NCBI GenBank assembly: GCA_044866355.1 | Contig: JBIOTW010000037.1 | Location: 1-58,914, forward strand | Direction of reading: 5' to 3' | Origin: Candidatus Limnocylindria bacterium | GTDB lineage: Bacteria; Chloroflexota; Limnocylindria; QHBO01 | DNA: 58,914 nt | Part shown: positions 38,284-47,480 of the stretch, piece after piece | How the letters are laid out: every line of letters starts with the position of its first letter | How positions within the stretch are numbered: the first letter of the stretch is position 1 | Translations under genes and position numbers: made by a program | The notes under the pieces: model-generated | What the model was told of the DNA's origin: nothing | Seen by the model: the letters and a program-made list of their open reading frames with translations, nothing else | Database searches by the model: none

Positions 38284-39369
38284 ATGGCGCGCGTGGTGGC
38301 CGCCATGAGCGGCGGGGTCGACTCTAGCGTGGCCGCGGCCCTGCTGGCCCGCGAGGCTGGCGCCGGCGGGGACGAGGTGGTCGGCGTCTGGATGCGGACC
38401 CACCCGGATCGAGGCGAGGGCTGGGAGCCGCGTCGCGGCTGCTGCTCCACCGAGGCGGCCGACGACGCCCGGCGCGTCGCGCAGCGCATCGGTATTCCGT
38501 TCTACATCCTCAACGTGGAGCCCGAGTTCGGCGCCGAGGTCATCGACGCGTTCGCACAAGCCTACCTGGATGGGACCACGCCCAACCCCTGCCAGGCGTG
38601 CAACCAGAAGATCAAGTTCGATCTCCTCGCTCGTCGGGCCGTCGGCGCCTACGGAGCCGATGCGGTCGCCACCGGTCACTACGCCCGGATTGAGCACCGT
38701 GACGATGGGTGGCACCTCCTGCGAGCCGCGGATGGGGCCAAGGACCAGACCTACTTCCTTTGGAACCTGGACCAGCGCCAGCTGGCCGCCACCCGCTTTC
38801 CGCTCGGGGAGCTGACCAAGCCCCAGGTCCGGCAGATGGCTGCCGACCTGGAGCTGCCCACCGCCGGCACTCCCGAGTCCCAGGAGATCTGCTTCGTGCC
38901 GGCGGGGGACTACCGAGCGCTCCTCGCCGAACGCCGCTCGTACGTCGGGGAGTCGGGTCCCATCGTGGACGGGGACGGGCGGCAGCTTGGCACCCACACC
39001 GGGTTCGCGCACTACACGGTCGGCCAGCGGCGCGGGCTGGGTCTGGCCGGCGCCGAGCCGGTCTACGTGCGCGAGATCCGCCCCGAGACCAACGAGGTCG
39101 TGGTGGGATCCCGCGACGACCTGGCGGCGCGCCGCTTCGTCGCCGACGCGCGCCATTTCGTGGCCGGCACGCCGCCGGCCGACCGCTTCGAGGCCCGGGT
39201 CCGCATCCGCCACCGGGGAGCGGAGGTCGATTGCGAGGTCACCCTGGTCGGAACCGACCGGATGGTGGTCGAGACGACGGATCCGGTCTGGGCTCCGGCA
39301 CCAGGTCAGTCCGCCGTCCTGTACCGCGGGGAGGAGTGCCTGGGCGGAGGCCGGATCGCCCGGTCCTGA
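38284..39369 (+). CDS. mnmA: tRNA 2-thiouridine(34) synthase
   Basis: AMSGGVDSS, TPNPCQACN, ATGHY, KDQTYFL, ESQEICF and YTVGQRRGL motifs. Confidence 0.97.
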   Translation: MARVVAAMSGGVDSSVAAALLAREAGAGGDEVVGVWMRTHPDRGEGWEPRRGCCSTEAADDARRVAQRIGIPFYILNVEPEFGAEVIDAFAQAYLDGTTPNPCQACNQKIKFDLLARRAVGAYGADAVATGHYARIEHRDDGWHLLRAADGAKDQTYFLWNLDQRQLAATRFPLGELTKPQVRQMAADLELPTAGTPESQEICFVPAGDYRALLAERRSYVGESGPIVDGDGRQLGTHTGFAHYTVGQRRGLGLAGAEPVYVREIRPETNEVVVGSRDDLAARRFVADARHFVAGTPPADRFEARVRIRHRGAEVDCEVTLVGTDRMVVETTDPVWAPAPGQSAVLYRGEECLGGGRIARS

Positions 39370-39407
39370 GCCATGGTGCCTCAGCCATGAACCCTGAGCC
39401 GTGATCC
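39366..39407 (+). repeat. Imperfect 14-bp tandem repeat x3 encoding micro-ORFs MVPQP* and MNPEP*
   Basis: CTGAGCCATGGTGC / CTCAGCCATGAACC / CTGAGCCGTGATCC. Confidence 0.8.
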
Positions 39408-39706
39408 CCTGGATCATCTGGACCGTCCTGGTGGGGGCCATCAACCTGACCCTCTTCGTCGCGATCCGGGGCAGATGGGGTCGCGAGGCGATTGGGCTTG
39501 TCCTCGCGGCCCTTGCCGGAACGGCGGCCGGGGACAGCCTGGCGGGCCTGGTCGGGTTCGACCTGCTGCGGCTGGGAGAGTTCCATCTGGCCGGGGCGAT
39601 GATCGGCGCGCAGCTGGCCTTGGTGACGATCGCGGCGCTCTCGACCATCCTGGCCCCTCCGCGGACGTCTGACCGGCGACGCGACGGGGTAAGGCCGGGC
39701 CGGTAG
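39401..39706 (+). CDS. Small membrane protein, function unknown
   Basis: 101 aa with three hydrophobic helices, operonic position. Confidence 0.75.
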   Translation: MIPWIIWTVLVGAINLTLFVAIRGRWGREAIGLVLAALAGTAAGDSLAGLVGFDLLRLGEFHLAGAMIGAQLALVTIAALSTILAPPRTSDRRRDGVRPGR

Positions 39707-39757
39707 AATCGGTAGCCCACCACGACGTCCGCCCACGACGTCCCTTCGAGAGGAGCA

Positions 39758-40030
39758 ATGCACGCCATGAACGATTCCGGTTTCGGGAGTTTTCTGGCCG
39801 GTCTGGTCATCGGAGGCCTGATCGGCGCGGCAGTCGGGCTGCTCCTGGCGCCCGAATCAGGCGAAGACATGCGCGGCCAGGTCGGCGAGTTCGTCGACGA
39901 CCGGATGCGCGACTTCGGCGACGCGGTCAGCGAGGGAAAGGCAGCAGCCGAGCAGGCCCGCACGGCCATGCTCGCGGCGCTTCAGCGGGACGCCGCCACC
40001 GAGGCCTCCGCCGAGGAGAGCGCGAGCTAG
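39758..40030 (+). CDS. YtxH domain protein
   Basis: FLAGLVIGGLIGAAVGLLLAPESGEDMR signature. SD GAGGAG. TAGAAT at 39704. Confidence 0.9.
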   Translation: MHAMNDSGFGSFLAGLVIGGLIGAAVGLLLAPESGEDMRGQVGEFVDDRMRDFGDAVSEGKAAAEQARTAMLAALQRDAATEASAEESAS

Positions 40031-40073
40031 CCTTCATCGGTGACGACATCCGCATGCGCCTGACTGGGCGCAT

Positions 40074-42728
40074 GTGACCGGACGCATGCAGGCTCTGCCT
40101 GCTGCCGAGCTGCGCGAGCGCTACCAGCGCTTCTTCGAGGCACGTGGGCACACCCGGGTCCCGCCCGCCCCCCTACTGGCGCGAGACGACCCGACCCTGC
40201 TCTTCACGAACTCGGGGATGGTCCAGTTCAAGCGGGTCCTGACCGGCGAGGAGACCCGCGATTACAAGCGGGCCGTGGACAGCCAGCCCTGCCTGCGGGT
40301 GGCCGGCAAGCACAACGACTTCGAGGAGGTCGGCCGTACGCCCCGCCACCAGACCCTGTTCGAGATGCTGGGCAACTGGAGTTTTGGCGACTACTTCAAG
40401 ACCGAGGCCATCCACTGGGCCTGGGAATTCCTGACCCAGGACCTCGGCATCGACCCGGATCGGCTGGCCGCAACGGTCTATACCGATGACGACGAAGCCC
40501 ATCGGATCTGGTCCGAGGAGATCGGCCTGCCGGCCGATCGGCTCGTGCGCTGGGGCAACATCGCGGTCGGTGACGACCACAACTTCTGGCAGATGGCCGA
40601 CACCGGCCCCTGTGGGCCGTGCAGCGAGATCCATTTCGATCGAGGAGCCGAGTTCAGCGAGGGGCCCGACTGCATCCCCGACCATTCCGAAACATGTCCC
40701 CGCTGGCTCGAAATCTGGAACCTGGTGTTCATGCAGTTCGACCGGTCGATCGATGGAACGCTGACTCCGTTGCCCTTCCGGAGCGTGGATACCGGGATGG
40801 GACTCGAGCGCACCGCGTCCGTCCTGCAGGGGGTCGACAGCAACTACGGGACCGATCTGTTCGTCCCGATCATCGATCGGCTCCGGTTCCACCTGGGCCA
40901 CGATCCGGAGACAGTCGAGGCCGAGCGCTTCAGCTACCAGGTGGTGGCCGACCATTCGCGGGCCATGACCTTCCTGCTGGCCGAGGGAGTCCGGCCTTCG
41001 AACGAGGGCGCCGGCTACGTCCTGCGCCGCATCATGCGCCGCGCGGTGCGGCACCTCCGGCTGATGGGAATCACCCAGCCGGTGCTCGCCGAAACGTGTG
41101 CCGCGGTCATCGAGCTGATGGGACCTGCGTACCCGTATGTGGCGGAGCGGCGCGAGGACATCCTGGCCGAGGTCAACGCCGAGGAGAGGCGTTTCGCGCG
41201 GACGCTGGAGGCCGGAACCGAGCGCCTGGCGCAGCTGGTCGAGGCAGCGGGTCGAGGCGGCACGATCGGTGGGGAGGATGCGTTCAAGCTGCACGACACG
41301 TTCGGCTTCCCAATCGACCTGACGGTCGAGATCGCGGCCGAGTCCGGCGTCTCGGTCGACCGGGACGGTTTCGAGACGGCCATGGCCGCTCAGCGTGAGC
41401 GGTCGCGCGGCGACAAGCGGGCCGCGTACCTCACCGACCCGACCCTTGCCGCGCTCAGCACCGAGTTCGTCGGGTACCCGAACCAGACCCGGGCCGATGG
41501 GCTCGAGATCCTGGCCGTCCGGCCCGGGGACGCGGACACGCCGGCTGCCGTGGTGCTGGCCCAGACGCCGTTCTATGCGGAGGGAGGCGGGCAGGTCGGT
41601 GACCGCGGGCGGCTGGTGGGACCCGGCGGCGTTCTCGAGGTGAGTGACACACAGCGCGACGGGAACGCGATCGTCCACCTCGGCACCCTGGACGGTGAGC
41701 TGGCCGTGGGTGAGCGGGTCCAGGCCGAGGTCGACGAGGAGCGGCGCTGGGGCGCGGCGCGCAACCACACGGCGACCCATCTCCTGCATCGGGCCCTGCG
41801 TGACGTCCTGGGCGAGCAGGCCAAGCAGGCAGGCTCGTGGGTCGGACCCGAGGGGTTGCGTTTCGACTTCCCGGCGGACGCGCCCACGTCTCGGGAGACG
41901 CTGACCCGGGTCGAGGCGATCGTCAACGAGCAGGTTCGCCGGAACCTGGAGGTGACTCCAACCTGGATGCCGCTGGCCGAGGCGCAGACCTCGGGCGCGG
42001 ACATGTTCTTCGGTGAGAAATACCTTCCCGAATCCGTGCGGCTGGTGGCCTGCGGCGCGTACTCGCGCGAACTGTGCGGCGGCACCCACGTGGCGGCCAC
42101 CGGGCAGATCGGATCGTTCCGGATCATTGGCGAGTCGAGCATCGGTGCCGGGTTGCGCCGGATCGAGGCGGTGACCGGCGCCGGCGCGGAGCAGCTGATC
42201 GCCACCCGCCTCGACGTGCTGCGGTCCGCGGCCCAGCTGCTGGGCGTCCGCGACGAAGACGTCCCGGCTCGTGTGGAGGCACTGCTTGGTCGTCTCCGGG
42301 ACGCGGAGCGGAGCAGCGGCAGCGCACCGGCGTCAGGAGCTCGCCTGGATGCCGCGGCCGCGCTGCGCGACGCCCAGATGGCCGGTGAGACGTCCGTGGT
42401 CGTGCAGCGCTATCCCGACGCGGACGCCGCCGCCCTGCGCACGCTGGTCGACGATCTGCGCAGCGCCTCGGGGCGCTTCGTGGCCGTGGTGGCGGGCGCG
42501 TCGGACGGGCAGCCCACCCTCGTTGTCGCGGCCAGCCGCGACCTGGCCGGCGAGGGGTTTGACGCTGCCGACGTCATCCGCCAGGTGGCGCCGCTCATCA
42601 AGGGGGGAGGAGGGGGACGGGCCGACCTGGCGCAGGCCGGCGGGTCGGACTCGTCGGGCCTGGATCGCGCGCTCGCGGAGGCGACTCGTATCGCGCTCGA
42701 TTCGCTTCACGCGATCGAATCTGGCTGA
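40074..42728 (+). CDS. alaS: Alanine--tRNA ligase
   Basis: LLFTNSGMVQFK, FEMLGNWSFGDYFK, DTGMGLER, editing HTATH and ELCGGTH, GGGGG. Start GTG 40074 or ATG 40086. Confidence 0.98.
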   Translation: MTGRMQALPAAELRERYQRFFEARGHTRVPPAPLLARDDPTLLFTNSGMVQFKRVLTGEETRDYKRAVDSQPCLRVAGKHNDFEEVGRTPRHQTLFEMLGNWSFGDYFKTEAIHWAWEFLTQDLGIDPDRLAATVYTDDDEAHRIWSEEIGLPADRLVRWGNIAVGDDHNFWQMADTGPCGPCSEIHFDRGAEFSEGPDCIPDHSETCPRWLEIWNLVFMQFDRSIDGTLTPLPFRSVDTGMGLERTASVLQGVDSNYGTDLFVPIIDRLRFHLGHDPETVEAERFSYQVVADHSRAMTFLLAEGVRPSNEGAGYVLRRIMRRAVRHLRLMGITQPVLAETCAAVIELMGPAYPYVAERREDILAEVNAEERRFARTLEAGTERLAQLVEAAGRGGTIGGEDAFKLHDTFGFPIDLTVEIAAESGVSVDRDGFETAMAAQRERSRGDKRAAYLTDPTLAALSTEFVGYPNQTRADGLEILAVRPGDADTPAAVVLAQTPFYAEGGGQVGDRGRLVGPGGVLEVSDTQRDGNAIVHLGTLDGELAVGERVQAEVDEERRWGAARNHTATHLLHRALRDVLGEQAKQAGSWVGPEGLRFDFPADAPTSRETLTRVEAIVNEQVRRNLEVTPTWMPLAEAQTSGADMFFGEKYLPESVRLVACGAYSRELCGGTHVAATGQIGSFRIIGESSIGAGLRRIEAVTGAGAEQLIATRLDVLRSAAQLLGVRDEDVPARVEALLGRLRDAERSSGSAPASGARLDAAAALRDAQMAGETSVVVQRYPDADAAALRTLVDDLRSASGRFVAVVAGASDGQPTLVVAASRDLAGEGFDAADVIRQVAPLIKGGGGGRADLAQAGGSDSSGLDRALAEATRIALDSLHAIESG

Positions 42729-42752
42729 CCCGTGCGCTCAGGAGGGCGGGGC

Positions 42753-43172
42753 GTGGGCCGGCTGATCGGCATCGACCACGGTGAGCGGCGGATCGGGCTC
42801 GCGGTGGGAGACGAGGAGACCGGCATGGCGTTTCCACGACCGGCGGTCCGCGCCGGCAGGCGGGCGCTGGCGGCCATTCGGGAATTGGCCACCGAGGAGG
42901 GCACGAACCGGATCGTGGTGGGTCTCCCGCTCAACATGGACGGCAGCGAGGGCGCCCAGGCGGCCGCCGCCCGTGCCTTCGGCGCCCGCCTCGGAGCACT
43001 GGGATTGGACGTCACCTTCATCGACGAACGGCTGACGAGCTGGGATGCCGCCGAGCGCATCGCCCAGCACGGCGCACGCCAACCCGCCCCGGACGCGATA
43101 GACTCTGCGGCCGCCGCCCTCATCCTGGAGGAGTACCTCGCCGATCGCCGGCGTCGCCCCGAGGAAGCTTGA
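42753..43172 (+). CDS. ruvX: RuvX/YqgF family nuclease
   Basis: GIDHGERRIGLA, VVGLP, DERLTS and IDSAAAALIL motifs. Confidence 0.95.
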   Translation: MGRLIGIDHGERRIGLAVGDEETGMAFPRPAVRAGRRALAAIRELATEEGTNRIVVGLPLNMDGSEGAQAAAARAFGARLGALGLDVTFIDERLTSWDAAERIAQHGARQPAPDAIDSAAAALILEEYLADRRRRPEEA

Positions 43173-44488
43173 TGTACGACCCGTCTCTGACGCCTGCCGA
43201 GCAGGAGCAGGTCCGCAACGCGCGCATCCGCCGCCTTCGTGCGGAGCGGGAGGGGATTGCGCGACGCCAACGGGGGCGGGCTCTCCAGCCCCTCGTCCTG
43301 CTGGGCTGGGTCGGTGGCGTCATCGCCCTGACGGTCATCGCCCTGTACCTCGCCGTGCTGGCCCTGTCCCCCGCCATCATGGCCTGGGTCGAAGAGCGGC
43401 CCACCCTGATCCAGAACGAGCTGATCGTCGACTTCGTCAACTGGTACCAGCCAGACGCCATCGCCGACCAGCCGGCCAGCGACACCTATCGGCGCGTATC
43501 CATCGAGATCCCGCCGGGCGCGACCGACTCCTTCATCGGTGACCTGCTCGTCAACTACGGGCTCATCCACAGCAAGCTCGCGTTCCACCACGCGGTGTAC
43601 CAAGCCGATCGGGAAGGGGAGCTCCAGGCGGGCCAGTACGACCTGTCGCCCACCATGACCCCATCATTCATCATCGGCGCACTGCGCCAGGAGGCCGGTC
43701 CCGAGGTCACGATCACGATCCTGGAGGGCATGCGGCTGGAGGAGGTGGTCGCCTACCTGGGCACGACCGATCTCACCATGAACCTCGACGAGTTCGGCGC
43801 GTTGGTCACCGTCCCCCCGCCGGACCTCATTGCCGCCTATCCCTTCCTGGCCGAGCTTCCGGCGGGCCGGACCCTGGAGGGCTACCTGTATCCCGACACG
43901 TACCGCGTGTTCGCGAACGCCCGCCCGCGCGACCTCGTCGATCGGCTCCTGACGACGTTCGACCAGCGGCTGAGCCAGGAGATCCGGGACCAGCTGATCG
44001 CTCGTGGGCTGACGATCGATTACGCCGTCCGCCTCGGATCCATCGTGGAGCGAGAGGCGGTCCTCGACGAGGAGCGCGCCCTGATCGCCGGGGTCTACAC
44101 CCAGCGCCTGATCACCCCGGGATGGAACCTGGACGCCGACCCGACCCTGCAGTACGGGTTGGCGACCGCCGAGTTCGGCGCGCTGCCGATGGCCGAGTGG
44201 GGGACCGTTCGCTGGTGGAAGCCGCTCCCGGCCGGTGGCGCGGAGATCACCCTGCCCGAGGCGCTTCTGCCGTACCAGACCTACCTGGTAGGCGGCCTGC
44301 CACCCACGCCCATCTCCTCGCCCCGCCTGGCCTCGTTGGAGGCGGCCGCCTTCCCGGATACCAGCGCGGGCTACTTCTTCTTCGTGGCCGCCTGCCCCAA
44401 CGGCATCCGGGACGGCTCGCACCGTTTCGCGGTGTCGCTGGCCGAGCACGAGGCCAACATCGCGCAGATGAACTCGGAGTGCCCCTGA
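43172..44488 (+). CDS. mltG: Endolytic transglycosylase MltG
   Basis: TM anchor, LQAGQY, LEGYLYPDTY, SIVERE, LDADPT and GLPPTPI motifs. Confidence 0.93.
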   Translation: MYDPSLTPAEQEQVRNARIRRLRAEREGIARRQRGRALQPLVLLGWVGGVIALTVIALYLAVLALSPAIMAWVEERPTLIQNELIVDFVNWYQPDAIADQPASDTYRRVSIEIPPGATDSFIGDLLVNYGLIHSKLAFHHAVYQADREGELQAGQYDLSPTMTPSFIIGALRQEAGPEVTITILEGMRLEEVVAYLGTTDLTMNLDEFGALVTVPPPDLIAAYPFLAELPAGRTLEGYLYPDTYRVFANARPRDLVDRLLTTFDQRLSQEIRDQLIARGLTIDYAVRLGSIVEREAVLDEERALIAGVYTQRLITPGWNLDADPTLQYGLATAEFGALPMAEWGTVRWWKPLPAGGAEITLPEALLPYQTYLVGGLPPTPISSPRLASLEAAAFPDTSAGYFFFVAACPNGIRDGSHRFAVSLAEHEANIAQMNSECP

Positions 44489-44490
44489 TC

Positions 44491-45630
44491 GTGAGCGGCG
44501 CCGACCCGTTCGCCAGCGAACGACCGGCACGCCTGGCCGCACTCCGGGCTCTCCTGGGCCGGCTTGGGCTGGACGCGATTCTGATCCAGTCGCGCGCCAC
44601 CAGCCGCTACCTGTCCGGCTTCTCCCTCCGCCGGGGCGACGAGTCCACCTCGGGCTATTCGGGCGCCTTGCTGGTGACTGCGGATCGGAGCTGGATCCTG
44701 GCTGACAACCGTTACCTCGAGCAGGCCGCGGCGGAGGCGCCTGGGTGGGAGCTGGTTCACACCGCCACGGACCTCCCGGTGGAGCTGCCGCCGCTGCTTG
44801 CCAAGAGCGGAATCCGGCGGCTCGGCCTCGAGGCAAATCGCACGACGCATGCGGCGTGGGAGGCCATTACCGCGGCCGCCCCCGCGTGCGAGCTGGTGGC
44901 GATCGAATCCGAGCTGGCCGAGCTGCGCATCCTGAAGAGCGCGGCCGAGATCGACGCCATCGGTCGGGCCTGCGCGCTGGGCGATCGGGCGTTCGACCAC
45001 CTGGTTGTCACCGTACGGCCGGGCATGACCGAACGCCGGGTGGCCCGGCTCATCGCCGAGTTCTTCGAGGACCACGGCGCCGAGGATCTCGCCTTCGACA
45101 GCATCGTGCTGGTGGGCGCCCGGGCCTCGATGCCCCACGGGACGCCGGGCGACACCCCCGTCCAGGACGGCCACGTGCTGCTCATGGACTTCGGCTGCCA
45201 GGTCGACGGGTACCGGTCCGACATGACGCGCACCGTGTTCGTCGGGGAGCCGGACCCGGTGGCGAGCCGCCGCCTGGACCTGGTGGCTGGCGCGCAACAG
45301 GCGGCCCTGGCCGCCACCCAGGTCGGGGTGCCCGCCCGCGTCCCCTACCAGGCGGCCCGCGCGTTCCTCGCCGAAGCCGGCTATCCCGACGCGTTCACCC
45401 ACGGCGTGGGGCACGGAATCGGGCTCGAGACCCACGAGCCGCCCCGCCTGAAGACCTCGGAGGCCCCGCTCCGCGCCGGCATGGTGTTCAGCGTCGAGCC
45501 GGGCCTGTACCTGCCGGGCGAGATCGGGATCCGGATCGAGGACATTGCGGTCCTCGAGGAGGACGGTCCGCGGCTGTTGACCGCCTCACCCCGCCAGGCC
45601 GTGGTCATCGGTGAGCGACAGGCCGCATGA
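44491..45630 (+). CDS. Xaa-Pro peptidase (M24)
   Basis: DFGCQVDGYRSDMTRT, HGVGHGIGLETHE, SVEPG and IRIED motifs, upstream of efp. Confidence 0.95.
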   Translation: MSGADPFASERPARLAALRALLGRLGLDAILIQSRATSRYLSGFSLRRGDESTSGYSGALLVTADRSWILADNRYLEQAAAEAPGWELVHTATDLPVELPPLLAKSGIRRLGLEANRTTHAAWEAITAAAPACELVAIESELAELRILKSAAEIDAIGRACALGDRAFDHLVVTVRPGMTERRVARLIAEFFEDHGAEDLAFDSIVLVGARASMPHGTPGDTPVQDGHVLLMDFGCQVDGYRSDMTRTVFVGEPDPVASRRLDLVAGAQQAALAATQVGVPARVPYQAARAFLAEAGYPDAFTHGVGHGIGLETHEPPRLKTSEAPLRAGMVFSVEPGLYLPGEIGIRIEDIAVLEEDGPRLLTASPRQAVVIGERQAA

Positions 45631-46187
45631 TCAGCACCGGCGACATCCGCAAGGGGATCGTGATCGAGCTGGACGGCCAGCCCGTGCGCGTCCTGGACTG
45701 GACCCACATCAAGATGGCGAGGGGGTCGGCCCAGGTCCGGCTCAAGATCCAGAACGTGCGGACGGGCGCCATCACCGAGCGCACCTTCCAGGCCGGCACC
45801 CGTTGGCCCCGGGGCCGAGTGGAGCAGCGCAGGGTCCAGTACCTGTACACCGACGGCGACGCGTATCACTTCATGGACACCGAGACCTACGACCAGTTCG
45901 CGATCAGCGCGGCCAAGCTGGGCGATGACGCCCGGTATCTCAAGGAGAACACCGACGTCTTCGTGTCGTCATACGGTGGGGAGGTCCTGGGGGTCGATCT
46001 CCCGGTCAGCGTCGACCTGCGCGTGGTCCGCACCGAGCCCGGATTCGCGGGCGACACCGCCACCGGCGCCCGCAAGCCGGCGACCCTCGAGACCGGGCTC
46101 GTGGTCCAGGTCCCCCTGTTCGTGAACGAGGGCGACCTGCTCCGGGTGGATACCCGCAGCGGCGAATACCAGACCCGGATCCAGTAG
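45627..46187 (+). CDS. efp: Elongation factor P
   Basis: HIKMARGSA loop, FMDTETYDQ, GDTA...KPATLETG and VPLFV motifs. Confidence 0.97.
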   Translation: MISTGDIRKGIVIELDGQPVRVLDWTHIKMARGSAQVRLKIQNVRTGAITERTFQAGTRWPRGRVEQRRVQYLYTDGDAYHFMDTETYDQFAISAAKLGDDARYLKENTDVFVSSYGGEVLGVDLPVSVDLRVVRTEPGFAGDTATGARKPATLETGLVVQVPLFVNEGDLLRVDTRSGEYQTRIQ

Positions 46188-46198
46188 GGCATGGTCAG

Positions 46199-46240
46199 GC
46201 CAGACCGATGACGCCAGACCGATGACGCCAGACCGATGAC
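46199..46240 (+). repeat. Perfect 14-bp tandem repeat x3 (GCCAGACCGATGAC) encoding chained micro-ORFs
   Basis: Copies at 46199, 46213 and 46227. Each contains an ATGA start/stop overlap, and the last supplies the xseA ATG. Confidence 0.95.
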
Positions 46241-47480
46241 GACGGCTCCCCAGGCCAGCGCCGGGCCTCGGGTCTGGCGGGTGTCCGACCTCAACCGGCG
46301 CGTGCGCGGGCTGCTGGACGCCGACTCCGCGCTGGCCGACGTGTGGGTCGAGGGCGAGGTCAGCGGTCCCAGCTTCCCGCCGTCAGGCCACTGCTTCTTC
46401 ACCCTCAAGGATGCGCACAGCCAGATCCGGGCGGTCCTGTTCCGGGAGGAGCTCGAGCGGGCCACGGTCCGACCCCAGCACGGGGCGCAGCTGGTGTGCC
46501 ACGGCCGGGTACGCGCCTACGAGCCGCAGGGCGTGTACCAGCTGTACGTCGAGTCGGTGACGCCGGTGGGCGCCGGCGATCTCCACGCCCAGTACGAGGC
46601 ATTGCGCGCCAAGCTCGGGGCCGAAGGGCTGTTCGAGGAGTCGCGCAAGCGGCCGCTCCCGCGCTGGCCGCGCCGGATCGGGGTCGTGACGTCTCCGGTG
46701 GGCGCGGTGTGGGACGACATCTGCACTGTGCTCCGGCGCCGCTACCCGCTGGTCGAGGTGGTCCTGTCGCCCACGGCCGTGCAGGGCGGCGTGTCCGCGC
46801 CGGCCATCATCCGTGCCCTGAAGCGCCTATACGCGGTCGAAGGGCTGGACCTCGTCATCCTGGCCCGCGGCGGGGGGTCGATCGAGGATTTGTGGGGATT
46901 CAACGACGAGCACGTGGTCCGAGCCGTGGCCGCCTCTCCGATCCCGGTCGTGGTCGGGGTCGGGCACGAGAGCGACGTCACGCTCGCCGATTTCGCGGCC
47001 GACCGGCGCGCGCCCACGCCGTCGGCGGCGGCCGAGATCGCGGTCCCCGACGGGACCCAGCTGCCATCCATCCTGACCCGCCTCAGCGAACGGTCGGCAG
47101 CGGCCACCGCCGCCCGGCTGGAGGCGGCCCGGCGAGCGGTGCGGGGCGAGGGTCGCGCCTTGGTCGGACTGCGGCCCAACCTGGAGGCCGCCCGTCAACG
47201 CGCGGCCGAGCTCCTCGATCGCGGCCACCGGACACTGGGCGCGGACCTCGCGCGGCGGCGAGTCGCTGCAGCTGGTCTGCGTGACGCGCTGCGGGCCCTC
47301 GGGCCCCTGGCCACCCTCGATCGCGGCTACGCCGTCGCGCGCCGGCCAGGTGGCATGATCCTGCGCGATCCGGCCGACGTGGCGCCCGGCGACGACCTCG
47401 AGGTCATCGTCGCTCGTGGAGCGGTCGACGCCCGCATCACCGGCGTCCGGCCGGGCGACGTCGAGGAGGCGTTGGCATGA
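46236..47480 (+). CDS. xseA: Exodeoxyribonuclease VII large subunit
   Basis: VWVEGEVS, SGHCFFTLKD, RIGVVTS, ARGGGSIEDLWGFNDE, GVGHESD and APTPSAAAE motifs. Confidence 0.97.
   Translation: MTTAPQASAGPRVWRVSDLNRRVRGLLDADSALADVWVEGEVSGPSFPPSGHCFFTLKDAHSQIRAVLFREELERATVRPQHGAQLVCHGRVRAYEPQGVYQLYVESVTPVGAGDLHAQYEALRAKLGAEGLFEESRKRPLPRWPRRIGVVTSPVGAVWDDICTVLRRRYPLVEVVLSPTAVQGGVSAPAIIRALKRLYAVEGLDLVILARGGGSIEDLWGFNDEHVVRAVAASPIPVVVGVGHESDVTLADFAADRRAPTPSAAAEIAVPDGTQLPSILTRLSERSAAATAARLEAARRAVRGEGRALVGLRPNLEAARQRAAELLDRGHRTLGADLARRRVAAAGLRDALRALGPLATLDRGYAVARRPGGMILRDPADVAPGDDLEVIVARGAVDARITGVRPGDVEEALA

Noticed and set aside
36625-39969. 1114-aa minus-strand ORF
   Set aside because: Antisense shadow of iscS, mnmA and ytxH in high-GC DNA. 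Only the last 127 codons (ectC) look like a real protein.
46199-46240. Possible CRISPR array
   Set aside because: Units are 14 bp, contiguous and spacer-free, with no cas genes in the window.
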